A stretch of DNA of 52,665 bases, from contig CAZGPS010000001.1 of assembly GCA_964527675.1 (NCBI GenBank), positions 1 to 52,665 of the forward strand. The letters run 5' to 3'. The DNA comes from an uncultured Brevundimonas sp. GTDB lineage: Bacteria; Pseudomonadota; Alphaproteobacteria; Caulobacterales; Caulobacteraceae. Shown here piece after piece: positions 35,862 through 45,687 of this stretch. Made by a program: the position numbers and the translations under genes. Under the pieces are notes generated by a model, which saw nothing but the letters and a program-made list of their open reading frames with translations, made no database searches and was not told the DNA's origin. Each line of letters opens with the position of its first letter. The stretch's first letter is position 1.

Positions 35862-37577
35862 ATGGCGGCGGACTGCGCGATCATTCTCGTGGGCGACACG
35901 CCGGCCGCGCTCGACGCCCTGGTTGCGCCCGTTCGACGGAGACTCAGCCGGGCCGGCTGGTCGCGTAAGTCGCACGACCCCTTCATCCAGGTGTTCGCTC
36001 CGACCGGCGGACGGCTGGAGGCCGCGCGGGGGCTGGACGGACACGGCGTGCTGATCGGCGAGGTCTACGACGGCGAAGGCCAGGCGCTGTCGCCGCGGGC
36101 CCGCAGCGCCTTGGGATGCCGGCGTCTCGATGCGGCGCATGCCCGCGCCGTCTGCGCGGACTACTGGGGGCGATACCTGCTGGTCCGGAGGGTCGACGGC
36201 GACGTCGCGGTGCTCCGCGACCCGTCCGGCGCCCTGGACTGCGTTGTCTGGCGCAAGGCCGGGGTGACCCTGATCTCGACGACCGCTGCGGCCGTCATCG
36301 ATCCTTGGCTGCCCGACGGGATCGCACTGGAATGGGACGCGGTCGCCGCCCTGGTGGGCCGCCCCGGCGAGCATCGACATCGCCTGGCCTTGACCGGACT
36401 GCAGGCGGTCGCCGGCGGCGAGCTGCGGACCATCGGGGAGGGCGTCAACCGCGCGACCCAGATCTGGCGGCCCGCTGACCTTTATCGGAACCGCGCCTCG
36501 CGGCCGCCTCCGGACCTCCGAGGGGCGGTGGAACGGTCGGTGAGGGCGCTGGCGGGCGACAGGCGCTGGATCGCCGAGGTCAGCGGCGGACTGGACTCCG
36601 CCATCGTGGCGGGGGTCCTGACCGCCGACCAGCGCCGGAACGTCGCCGCCTGGGTCAACCACTATGTCGACCAGCCGGAGGGCGACGAGCGGGCCTACGC
36701 CCGGGCGGTCGCCGGGCGGCACGGCTTCACGCTGACGGAACTCCGCCGCGACGGCCTCAGGCTCGACGCCGACCGTCTGGCGGCCTGCGCCGAAACCTTC
36801 AGGCCGGCCGCCAACGACATCGATCCCGACTACAACGACGATATCGCCGACCGGATCGAGGCGATGGGCGCCTGGGGCTCGCTGACAGGGCAGGGGGGCG
36901 ACGCCGTCTTCTTTCAGATGCCGAGCCTCCTGATCGCCCTGGATGAGATTTGTGAGCGCCGGGGCCGGGCGCGCGGGGCGGTCCTGCATCGACTCGCGCG
37001 ATGGCTGCGGCGCTCCATGTGGCCGACGGCCCTCGCCCGGGACTGGCGCGAGGAAGTCGGCCATCGCGCCAGTTGGGACCATCCCTGGCTGGACGATCTG
37101 GCCAGCGTGCCGCCAGCCAAGGCGATCCAGATGTCCGCCTTGGCCTTCTGCCAAACCTTTCAGGGACCGGCGCTCCGCAGTCGACTTGGTCCCTGCGTCA
37201 ATCCGTTGCTGAGCCAGCCCGTGATGGAGGCGGGGCTGGCCATTTCGACGGTCGATCTGACCTGGGGCGGGCGTGACCGGGCTGCAGCGCGCGCCGCCTT
37301 CGCGGATGTTCTTCCGGCATCGATCCTGGACCGGCGCTCGAAAGGCGAACTGGGCGCCTACTATGGCGGCGCGGTCGCTGCGCACCTCGCTTTCCTGCGC
37401 GACTATCTGCTCGGCGGCGCCCTGGCGGAGGCGGGGTTGATCGATCCTGGCCTGGAGGACCGCCTCACCCGGGACGCCCTGCTGTGGCGCGGCGGCCATT
37501 CCCAACTGCTCAGTCTGGCCCTGACGGAGGCGTGGGTGCGTCGCTGGCGGGAACGGCTGGACCGCCGGACCCCATGA
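35862..37577 (+). CDS. Lasso cyclase C (asparagine synthetase-like)
   Basis: RDPSG, EVSGGLDSAIV, TGQGGDAVF, PLLSQP, DRAAARAAF, RRSKG. Confidence 0.92.
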   Translation: MAADCAIILVGDTPAALDALVAPVRRRLSRAGWSRKSHDPFIQVFAPTGGRLEAARGLDGHGVLIGEVYDGEGQALSPRARSALGCRRLDAAHARAVCADYWGRYLLVRRVDGDVAVLRDPSGALDCVVWRKAGVTLISTTAAAVIDPWLPDGIALEWDAVAALVGRPGEHRHRLALTGLQAVAGGELRTIGEGVNRATQIWRPADLYRNRASRPPPDLRGAVERSVRALAGDRRWIAEVSGGLDSAIVAGVLTADQRRNVAAWVNHYVDQPEGDERAYARAVAGRHGFTLTELRRDGLRLDADRLAACAETFRPAANDIDPDYNDDIADRIEAMGAWGSLTGQGGDAVFFQMPSLLIALDEICERRGRARGAVLHRLARWLRRSMWPTALARDWREEVGHRASWDHPWLDDLASVPPAKAIQMSALAFCQTFQGPALRSRLGPCVNPLLSQPVMEAGLAISTVDLTWGGRDRAAARAAFADVLPASILDRRSKGELGAYYGGAVAAHLAFLRDYLLGGALAEAGLIDPGLEDRLTRDALLWRGGHSQLLSLALTEAWVRRWRERLDRRTP

Positions 37578-39891
37578 GATACCGGTCGAACCAGTTCCGG
37601 ATCTGATCGTAGTAGAGCCGAATGTTCCCCGGACTCCGGAGGCCGTGTTCCTCGCCGATGAGGAGGATCAGGGCGACGGGGCGGTTCAGACGGTGCAGGG
37701 CGCCATAGAGTTGCTCCGACTGACCGAGCATCAGATCGTACTCTCCCACGACAAGAAGCGTCGGCGCGACGATGCGGTCCGCCTGCTCGAAGGGGCTGTT
37801 GCGGCGATACCGGTCGGGCGCCCGCCAATAGGCGTCCCGCATCTCGGCCTGGCCGGATTCCAGCCAACGCGCGCTGGCCGCCGCAGCGAGCGCATGCCCG
37901 CCGTCGAGGCGCAGCGTCGATCCCACGTCTCCGATGACGGTCGAGAAATTCATTGGCCCGTTCAAGGCCACCACGGCATCGAAGCGAGGAGACTGCGCCG
38001 CGCTCATCACAGCGGACCAGGCGCCGAAGCTCCAGCCCCACAAGCCGATCCGCTCCGGATCAACCAGGCCCTCCGCCGCTGCGGCGTCGACAACCGACAG
38101 GATGCGATGGGCGAGGCCGTCCGCCGGTTCCGGAGTCGCCGGAAGATCCGGGACGAGGATGGCGTAGCCGGCCGCGACCATCAACTGGGGCGCCATGGAC
38201 AGGCTGGTGGACTCCCGCCGCATCCACCACGGCGGATCGGGGTAGGCCTCGCCCTGATAGGGCACCACGATCACGGGCGGCGTCTCTGTCGGGTTCGGCG
38301 GCAGGTAGAGCCAGCCGCCGGCGCCGCCGGCGCCGGCGATCCGCCGGGGGGCCGCGACCGAGATCCGGTCGAGTTCGGAATTCAGCCGCCAGACCACCTC
38401 CCGGCCATGGCTGCGTTGCAGGCGCAGAGCGTTTGGATCGTCTTCCAGGGCGCCCCGATCGAGGCTGATCCCCCGACTCCAACTGATCGCGGCCCCGGTC
38501 GTCGCCGCGACGCATCGGGAGCCGGCATCGGGGGCGACCCAGACCTGGCACAGGCGTCCGTCGGCGCGTGCGACCACGGCGAAGGCGGCTTTCAGGGGAC
38601 CGCTCTGCGCCCGCAAGCCGAACGGACCGCGGGGGTTCACCGCCGATGCGGCTGGCCCGATATCGGCGTGACCGCCGTCGGCGTCGAACCGCACGACGTG
38701 ACCCCCGCTGTTGAACAGAACCGCAGACCCGCCCTCGGCGACGAGCCGGGCGTCGGAGGACAGACTTGTCAGCGGCGAGGCGTCTGCGTCGGCGAAGAAC
38801 CAGCCCTCCCGGGATCCGGACCGGCCTTTGAAGATCGGGGTTCCGCCCAACCAGCCGCCCTCGGCTGTCGCCATGCCCTGGAAGTCGATCGGCGTTGTCG
38901 GGTGTGCCCCGACAGGCGTCACGTCCCGCGTCGCGCCGTCTGGGGCGACGGTCATGAGCCGGGCCGGCTCGTCGTCGATGGCCGCCACCAGAAGGGCGTC
39001 GGAAGCCGGCGACCAGGCCAGAAGGCTTGTCGAGATGTTGCGGGCGTCGGACGGCTGGACGGCGGCCCCGGAGATCAGGTCGACGATCTGAAGCGCCCGG
39101 GCGCGACGCACCTCGGTCGCCGTGTCGGCGGAGGGAGGCGGCAGGAGCGGACCGTCCACGAGAAGCGCGGCGTATCGCCCGTCCGGAGAGGCTTCGAGGT
39201 CAAGGAAGGGGCCATCGGCGATCGCGGCCGCCTCGCCGGTGACGGCGTCGATCCGCCACAGGCGTCGCGGCGACAAGGTCTCGGACGCGCCATCCTCGCC
39301 CACCGTGATCGCGGCCGCGGACCCGGCCGTCGCCGCCGCCCTCAGCGCCAGCAGGCGCGCCTGCTCGGCGCGGGGGCCGGCCAGTCGCGGGGGAAGCGCC
39401 CCGTCGGGCATGCCCAGGACGATCAAGACGTCGTCCGTCAGCCATTCCAGGGAACGACCCCAAAGGCCGAGTTCCGGCGCCACCTCGGTCCAGACCACGC
39501 GGCCCGTCGCGATCTCGACGAGCCCCAGCCGCCATTCGTCGTTCCGTAGCCGAAACACGGCCAGGCGCCGGCCGCTCGGCGAAAAGGCGCCGACGGAATA
39601 GCCGGCGTCCTCCTCCATCGCCAGGAGCGGTCGCGGTCGGTCGGGGGTGTGGAGGTCGATGCGGTAGACTCGGGCGTACCGGATGGCGCCCTCGGCTTCC
39701 AGATCATGGCGAGGGAGGTCGCTTCGGGCGCGCCGTTCCTCGAAGACCGCGACCTCCCCGGACGGGTCGATCGCTACCCGGCCGAAGCTCTTGAGCCGCA
39801 GAATGACGTCCACCGTGAGCGGCTCCGATCGGGCCGAGGAGGGGCATGCCGTCGCGAGCAGGCCCGCGAGGGCGAAAACGACCATGCGCAT
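37510..39891 (-). CDS. Lasso peptide isopeptidase (S9 prolyl-oligopeptidase family, AtxE2-like)
   Basis: Signal peptide, propeller region, GWSFG nucleophile, GEYD, EEHGL; convergent with C, overlapping it by 68 bp. Confidence 0.85.
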   Translation of the reverse strand: MRMVVFALAGLLATACPSSARSEPLTVDVILRLKSFGRVAIDPSGEVAVFEERRARSDLPRHDLEAEGAIRYARVYRIDLHTPDRPRPLLAMEEDAGYSVGAFSPSGRRLAVFRLRNDEWRLGLVEIATGRVVWTEVAPELGLWGRSLEWLTDDVLIVLGMPDGALPPRLAGPRAEQARLLALRAAATAGSAAAITVGEDGASETLSPRRLWRIDAVTGEAAAIADGPFLDLEASPDGRYAALLVDGPLLPPPSADTATEVRRARALQIVDLISGAAVQPSDARNISTSLLAWSPASDALLVAAIDDEPARLMTVAPDGATRDVTPVGAHPTTPIDFQGMATAEGGWLGGTPIFKGRSGSREGWFFADADASPLTSLSSDARLVAEGGSAVLFNSGGHVVRFDADGGHADIGPAASAVNPRGPFGLRAQSGPLKAAFAVVARADGRLCQVWVAPDAGSRCVAATTGAAISWSRGISLDRGALEDDPNALRLQRSHGREVVWRLNSELDRISVAAPRRIAGAGGAGGWLYLPPNPTETPPVIVVPYQGEAYPDPPWWMRRESTSLSMAPQLMVAAGYAILVPDLPATPEPADGLAHRILSVVDAAAAEGLVDPERIGLWGWSFGAWSAVMSAAQSPRFDAVVALNGPMNFSTVIGDVGSTLRLDGGHALAAAASARWLESGQAEMRDAYWRAPDRYRRNSPFEQADRIVAPTLLVVGEYDLMLGQSEQLYGALHRLNRPVALILLIGEEHGLRSPGNIRLYYDQIRNWFDRYLMGSGGPAVPASDAPTPPSGPD

Positions 39892-39897
39892 GGACGA

Positions 39898-42849
39898 TCA
39901 CCAGCGCTTGACGAGCTGAAGCGAGACCTGCCGGCCCAGCACATTGGTGTTGGCGGCGTCGTAACCGATCCCCGCCGGCGCATCGTAGAAGGGCGGCTCT
40001 TCGTTGGTCAGGTTCAGCACGTTGAGGGTGAGCGACAGATTTTCGGCCCATCCGCTCTCGATGTCGTAGCGGACCTGGCCGTCCAGAGTGATCCAGTCGT
40101 CGATCCCGCGACCGTTGACCGGGTCCCGTCCTCCGCTGACGTAATTGAGCGCGCCGCCGAGCGTCAGCGGGCCGCGAATCCACTGGCCGCTGAAGCGGCC
40201 TCGCCAACGTGCCGGGAAGTTCGGCGCCCCCAGCAGGTCCTCGTTGGGGGAGGTGGCGGTGACCGCCCGGTCGTTGGTGAGGAGATGCGTCACGGTCGCA
40301 TCGAGCGAGATGTCGTCCGACCCCAGGGTGAAGCGATAGCGTGTGGAAAGATCGAGCCCCTCGACCTCGACAGCCGAGGCGTTGACGTACCGGTTGTCGA
40401 TCACGGCGCCGTAGGCCGTCGCGGGGAAGACGTTCGGATTGTAGTTCCCCGGATGGCTGAGCAGGGACTGGACATAGGCCAGGTCGTCCGCATTGGAGCC
40501 GGGGCTCACATACCGGATGAAGGGCGCCAGGGTCGGGTCGTTCAGGGCGTTGATCAGATTCTCCGCGACGGGGGTCGCGATCCGGTCCTCGAAGGTCGTC
40601 CGAAACCAGCCGGCCTCTATCCGCAACCCTTCGGCGGCGGCGGGCGTCCAGATGAAACCCGCCGTCCAGGACTCCGCGGTCTCCGGGATCAGGTCGGGGT
40701 TGCCCCCGTACTGGACGATGCTGATCACATTGACGCCGGCGCGATCGAGAAACACCGGGCCGAGCCGGTAGGCGCTGTTCAACTCCCTCAGCGACGGGGC
40801 GCGGAACGAGGTCCCGTAGCTGGCGCGCAGCAGCAGGTCGGGCGTTGGATTATAGAGGACGCCGACCTTGGGATTGCTGGTCTGGCCGATCCCCTCATGG
40901 TCCTCGATTCGACCGGCGAGCGACAGCTCCAGCCGTTCGAGGCCGGGCCGGGCGTTGCCGGGGCCCACCAGCGGCGCGCGCAGTTCGACGAAGGCGGCCG
41001 AGACGTCACGCTCGAACGCCGTCGGAGCGGCGATGCGCGGCGCTGCGCCGGAGATGAAATTCTCTCCGGAGGTTTCGAAGCGCTCCTGGCGATAGTCGAC
41101 ACCCACGGCCATGCGCAGGTCGCCGCCCGGAAGGGTATGGAGGACGCCGTCGGCCTTGAGGTTGAAAGAGCCGACCGTGCTGATGTTCTCGGATCTGAGG
41201 TAGCCGGACCCGACGAAGGCCAACAGGGCCGCGCTATGGGCGGCCGGGTCGCCATAAGGGTTGAAATAGCCGTCGACCGCCGGGTTGAACGCGGTCAACG
41301 GATCGTCGGACGTCGCGCCAAGGGCCTCGTCGAGACGCGTCGTCTGCACCCGGTTCGAGGCCGTGAGGCCGGTGGTCTCGCGGCCGCCGCTCAGATAGGC
41401 CGCGAGATTCCAGCCGGCGAGTTCGCCATCGATCCCAAACGCGCCGCCTATGCTGCGGGAGAAGCCTTCGTCACGACCCGGTCCCAGGTCGTTGACGAAG
41501 GAATAGGCGATTTCCTGATATGGCTCGCCCGCCACCGGCACGAAGAAGGGATTGTCCGGCGTCACGAACAGGATGCCGATGTCGGCCACCGAGTCCTGAT
41601 TGTAAGTTCGATCGGTGTAGCGAAGGTCGCCGTCCAGCCTGAAGCCGCCCGGAAGGTCCTGTCGGCCCGCGACGAACACACTGTGCCGGCGCTGGTGGGG
41701 CAGGCTCCACTGGCCTTCCATCTGGTTGGTCAGATTGACCTCGCCGGGACGAAAGTCTCCCGGCGCGAGGCCCACCCCGTTCTGATTGCGGGGGATGGCG
41801 TAGGTCGGTTCGTAGGATCCGCTGACCGGATCGAACGCCATGAGGTTTCCCGGTGCGGCGTAAAAGAAGCGCCAGTCGGAGCCGCCCAGCGGGCGCAAGT
41901 CCGCGTTCGCGGTCGCGCGACGGTCGGCGGCGCGCAACTCGCCCCGGTCATGAAATTCATAAGCTGCGACGAGGCTGCCACTGGACCAGTTGAAGCCGCC
42001 GCTGTGGGACAGGAGGGTCTCCTCGGCCCCGCCGTCGCTCGTGCCCCCGACGCGCACCCGGCTCTCGGCGCCGTCAAAGCGGGATTTCAGGATGATGTTG
42101 ACCACGCCGCCGACCGCGTCCGCGCCGTAGAGGGCCGATGCGCCGTCGAGCAGCACGTCCGCGCGCGCGATTGCGCTGCTGGGAAGATTGGAGATGTCCG
42201 AGAAGTCACCGGCGCTGCCGGTGCCTGCGATCCGCCGGCCGTTGACCAGAACGAGGGTCGCATCGGCCCCAAGACCCCGCAGGTTAACCCCGGTCGCATA
42301 GGCTGAGTTACGGCTCGTGCGGTCGGCCCCCGTGCCGGCCGAGCCCTCGTAGGCGGCTCCGGTGAAGTTCTGCGGCAAGGCGGCGAGCGTCTCGGCGACC
42401 GTCGCGCGGCCCTGTCGCGCCACGTCGTCCTGGGTGATCACAGTGACCGGCGACGGGCTCTCCGCTCCCCTCAGATAGGTGCCGGTGACGACGACTTCCT
42501 CAAGCTGGGTCGCTTCGGTTTCGAGTTCAGCGCGGGCCGAGGGGTCAACGAGCACGAAGACCGTCGGACGACTCTGGCGATAGGTCAGGCCGGTCCCGCG
42601 CAGGAGTTCCGCGAGCGCTGCCTCCGGGGTGTAGTCTCCGGAGAGTGCTCGAGCCTGGCGGCCGGCGACGAGTGCGCTGGGATAGAGGATCTGAAGGCCG
42701 CTCTGCTGGGCGAACACAGGCAGGCTGCGCTCAAGCGGGCCGGCCCCGATGTTGAATGTCCGCACAGCCTCGGTCGATTGCGCGATGACCGGCGTCGCGA
42801 CACCCAGCATGAGCGCGGCGAGCGCGGTTGAAGTGAATCTGTGGCCCAT
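39898..42849 (-). CDS. TonB-dependent receptor with N-terminal signalling (STN) domain
   Basis: FNIGAGPL..L..FAQQSGLQ STN domain, EEVVVTGT, NLRGLG, DGASALYGADAVGGVVN, C-terminal W. Confidence 0.93.
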   Translation of the reverse strand: MGHRFTSTALAALMLGVATPVIAQSTEAVRTFNIGAGPLERSLPVFAQQSGLQILYPSALVAGRQARALSGDYTPEAALAELLRGTGLTYRQSRPTVFVLVDPSARAELETEATQLEEVVVTGTYLRGAESPSPVTVITQDDVARQGRATVAETLAALPQNFTGAAYEGSAGTGADRTSRNSAYATGVNLRGLGADATLVLVNGRRIAGTGSAGDFSDISNLPSSAIARADVLLDGASALYGADAVGGVVNIILKSRFDGAESRVRVGGTSDGGAEETLLSHSGGFNWSSGSLVAAYEFHDRGELRAADRRATANADLRPLGGSDWRFFYAAPGNLMAFDPVSGSYEPTYAIPRNQNGVGLAPGDFRPGEVNLTNQMEGQWSLPHQRRHSVFVAGRQDLPGGFRLDGDLRYTDRTYNQDSVADIGILFVTPDNPFFVPVAGEPYQEIAYSFVNDLGPGRDEGFSRSIGGAFGIDGELAGWNLAAYLSGGRETTGLTASNRVQTTRLDEALGATSDDPLTAFNPAVDGYFNPYGDPAAHSAALLAFVGSGYLRSENISTVGSFNLKADGVLHTLPGGDLRMAVGVDYRQERFETSGENFISGAAPRIAAPTAFERDVSAAFVELRAPLVGPGNARPGLERLELSLAGRIEDHEGIGQTSNPKVGVLYNPTPDLLLRASYGTSFRAPSLRELNSAYRLGPVFLDRAGVNVISIVQYGGNPDLIPETAESWTAGFIWTPAAAEGLRIEAGWFRTTFEDRIATPVAENLINALNDPTLAPFIRYVSPGSNADDLAYVQSLLSHPGNYNPNVFPATAYGAVIDNRYVNASAVEVEGLDLSTRYRFTLGSDDISLDATVTHLLTNDRAVTATSPNEDLLGAPNFPARWRGRFSGQWIRGPLTLGGALNYVSGGRDPVNGRGIDDWITLDGQVRYDIESGWAENLSLTLNVLNLTNEEPPFYDAPAGIGYDAANTNVLGRQVSLQLVKRW

Positions 42850-42940
42850 GATCTCCCCCTCTTTTCTACCCGCGGCTTTGCGGGGCGGGGAGGAGACGTT
42901 GGGTCGCGGGGCGTCCCCTAAGTCCGGACGCAGATTATTT

Positions 42941-43927
42941 TCAAGCCGGCGCGGAGAGGATCACGTGACCGTCGGCTGAGGTCACGGCCTCGAGGTGATA
43001 GAGATCGCGAAGGGCGGCGACGAAGCCATCGACGTCCCCGGCGTTGAACACGCCGCTGACGCGGATCGACGAGATACGTTGATCGCGAAGCTCGATCGGC
43101 TTGGAACTGTAGCGGTTCACCTCCGCCACGGCTGTGGCGATGGGCGTGTTCTCGAAGGTGAGCCGTCCGACCGTCCAACTGGTCTCGGCCGGGACATTGA
43201 CCGCAACGACCCGGGGCGTCGGCGCCGACGTCGTAACTTCCTGGCCGGGGGCAAGGGTCCACTGCGCATCGGTCGAAGAGGCCTTGTGGACATCAACACG
43301 CCCTTCGACGAGGACGACACGCGCCCCCGAGCCTGATCGCCGAACGTCAAACCGGGTCCCGACGGCGGTGACTTCAGTGTCACCCGCCTTCACGAGGAAA
43401 GGCCGCGCGGTGTCGCCTTCGACCTCGAACATGGCGCGTCCTGAGGCGAGCGTGACCACGCGACGGGCGTCGGTGAAGCGAACCGTAATCCGGGAATCCG
43501 TGTCGAGGACGACGCGGGATCCGTCCTCCAATCGTACAGTGCGCTGCTCGCCAACGGCCGTGTCGTAGGCGTGGGGCTGCTGAACGGACCACCAGGTCAG
43601 GCTCCCGCCTCCAATCGCCAAGGCCAGCGCGCCCGCGATCCCGAGCGGGATCAGGCGGCGGGTGTCGCGCGTCCGGCCACGGGGGCGCGCCCGTTTGACC
43701 CGGCCGAGGGCCTCATCGGCGAGACCCGCCATCGCGGGGCTTTCCGCAAGCGTTCCGGCCGCGTCCCACATCGCCTCGAGGCGACTGAAGGCGCGGGCGT
43801 TCTCAGGATCCCGCCGCCAGTCGCTGAAGTCCTTTATATCGGCGGTCGTGACCTTGCGCTGGTTCAATCTGCTGAACCATTCCGCCGCTTCCTTGCGCCT
43901 GATTTCGGCTTCAGCCTCGATCGTCAT
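42941..43927 (-). CDS. fecR: FecR-family anti-sigma/sensor
   Basis: EAAEW, W...PEN, one TM, TAVGEQR..LEDGS.V.LDTDS, GTRFDV, W..GRL.F. Confidence 0.92.
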   Translation of the reverse strand: MTIEAEAEIRRKEAAEWFSRLNQRKVTTADIKDFSDWRRDPENARAFSRLEAMWDAAGTLAESPAMAGLADEALGRVKRARPRGRTRDTRRLIPLGIAGALALAIGGGSLTWWSVQQPHAYDTAVGEQRTVRLEDGSRVVLDTDSRITVRFTDARRVVTLASGRAMFEVEGDTARPFLVKAGDTEVTAVGTRFDVRRSGSGARVVLVEGRVDVHKASSTDAQWTLAPGQEVTTSAPTPRVVAVNVPAETSWTVGRLTFENTPIATAVAEVNRYSSKPIELRDQRISSIRVSGVFNAGDVDGFVAALRDLYHLEAVTSADGHVILSAPA

Positions 43928-43935
43928 CCGTTTGC

Positions 43936-44424
43936 CTACAGGTCCAGCCGAGACGCGCAGTACTCGAGCGCCCTGGACATTCGCCATTCCACCGTTTTTA
44001 CGCTGATCCCGAACGACTGGGCGATCTCCGGATAAGTCATACCGCCAAAGCGGCTCAAGACGAAGACATCGCGGTAGAGTTGCGGCATGGACCGGATCAC
44101 CTGCTCGAGCAGAACCTGATCGAACTGCGGCGCGGCCTCGGCTCCGGCCGGTATCTGATAGTCCCGATCCCGCCGCCGCCGTCCTTCCCGCCGGCTCTCG
44201 TCGCGCACCAGGTTAAGGGCGATCTTGAGCAGGAAAGCCTTCGGATGACGGATGTCGTCCAGCGCATAGGGCGCGGCACGGATGTAGGTCTCCTGAACGA
44301 CATCCGCCGCCGCATCGGCGTCGACATGGGCTCGCAGGCGACGATCCAGCCAGGCGGCATAGCGCCGATAGAGACGGTTGATACCGTCCTGCGCCTCCGT
44401 CCCCAGCTGCTTCGTATCGGTCAC
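43936..44424 (-). CDS. FecI-like ECF sigma factor
   Basis: ADVVQETYIR, AFLLKIALNL, VFVLSRFGGMTYPEIA..GISVKTVE; GGAG RBS. Confidence 0.9.
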   Translation of the reverse strand: MTDTKQLGTEAQDGINRLYRRYAAWLDRRLRAHVDADAAADVVQETYIRAAPYALDDIRHPKAFLLKIALNLVRDESRREGRRRRDRDYQIPAGAEAAPQFDQVLLEQVIRSMPQLYRDVFVLSRFGGMTYPEIAQSFGISVKTVEWRMSRALEYCASRLDL

Positions 44425-44927
44425 CACGGTTCTCCGGCCTCTCGACGAGAGGGTCCGGAACCCAGACGCGTCCACATGGCCCGGGACAGGCGCGCGGGCG
44501 CGCGCCGTCAGGCGTTGGGAACGGGCATGCGCGCTGTGCGCGCCGCCGTCGATGATCTGATATCGCACAGGGGATTCCAGGCCCCGCCAACGCAAGCGTC
44601 GGCGACGTCAGCATGAATCAAACGGAATCCCGGCGCAAGCCGGAGGGGTCGGGCGTTGGAATCCTCTGCGATCGCGAGGCCCGCTGCTTCGGTTCACAGC
44701 GGCGCCTCTGTCACGCGGACAGACCCCGGCTCAAGCTGTGGGCCTATCTCACGGCGCCCGACCGTTGCGCTCTAGAAGCCGCCCCCGGCCAAGGCAAGCG
44801 CTGGCGTGGTCCGGCGCGCGGATTGGATCATCCCGCAAGAAAATGGCGGAGAGCCCGCAATTCACTGTCGTTGCCCGGTCGTTGATTCCCGCCCAACGTG
44901 AATCGCGCACATTGGAAGGAGCGAGCC

Positions 44928-45188
44928 ATGCAGCGTAGTCCCCATGCGGCACGCCAATCATCCCTGCTTCTCAGCGGCCGCGAAACCGAGTGTCTTCTTT
45001 GGGTCAGTTGCGGCAAGAGCTCGGCGGACATCGGTCAGATCGTCGGCCTGTCGCCGCGGACGGTCGACAGCTACATCGAGAAAGCCTGCGCCAAGCTTCG
45101 TGTCCGGACGCGCATCGAAGCGGTCGCGGCTGCGGTCCGCGCCGGCATCATCGATCCTGACGAAGACGGGCCAAGGCGCGAAGGGTGA
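44928..45188 (+). CDS. Stand-alone LuxR-type HTH regulator
   Basis: LSGRETECL..GKSS.DIG..GLSPRTV...KLRVRTRIEAVA. Confidence 0.85.
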   Translation: MQRSPHAARQSSLLLSGRETECLLWVSCGKSSADIGQIVGLSPRTVDSYIEKACAKLRVRTRIEAVAAAVRAGIIDPDEDGPRREG

Positions 45189-45379
45189 GGGGGCGGGCCA
45201 GGAACTTCTGTGAGGAAGCCCGGCGTTTCGCCGCCGATCGCCGCCGACGCTCACGCGTCCCCTGGCTCTCGATCGGCGCCTATCGTTCCCGGAACCCGCC
45301 GCCGACGACCCTACACCGCTTGCGGCCGGTCGCGCGAGTCGGCTTGACCGGAGGCCATCAGAGAAAGGAAAACACACCC

Positions 45380-45655
45380 ATGCCCAAATACGCGCCGCTT
45401 GCAGCCTTCCTCCGACGCCAGAAGCGCGCCGAGGTGGACCTGACGTTTCGGGACATCGAACGGATTATCGGCGGCATCCTGCCCAAGGCCGCGGGTGTAG
45501 ACGGATGGTGGCGGGCGGATGCGTCCGGCTCAATGACGCCCCAACATAGTGCGTGGACCGACGCCGGCTTCGTTGCGCAGCCTGCCATCAAGTCTGAAAG
45601 TGTGCGTTTCGTCCTGCGCGCTGACTGCGGGAAGCCAACCGCTGCAGAGGCCTAG
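45380..45655 (+). CDS. Small conserved hypothetical protein (KY.PL...LTF.DIE type)
   Basis: AAAGGA RBS; MPKYAPLAAFL, LTFRDIERIIGGILP, WW, AWTDAGF. Confidence 0.7.
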   Translation: MPKYAPLAAFLRRQKRAEVDLTFRDIERIIGGILPKAAGVDGWWRADASGSMTPQHSAWTDAGFVAQPAIKSESVRFVLRADCGKPTAAEA

Positions 45656-45687
45656 GATGGGCTTGTGCAAGCACTTTGGAACGTCTC

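Noticed and set aside
42860..42935. Possible ECF promoter (TAGGGG...CGTC) upstream of the TonB receptor, loosely similar to 49817-49850
   Set aside because: Spacing differs between the two sites and no convincing copy was found upstream of virB or the precursors; too weak to call.
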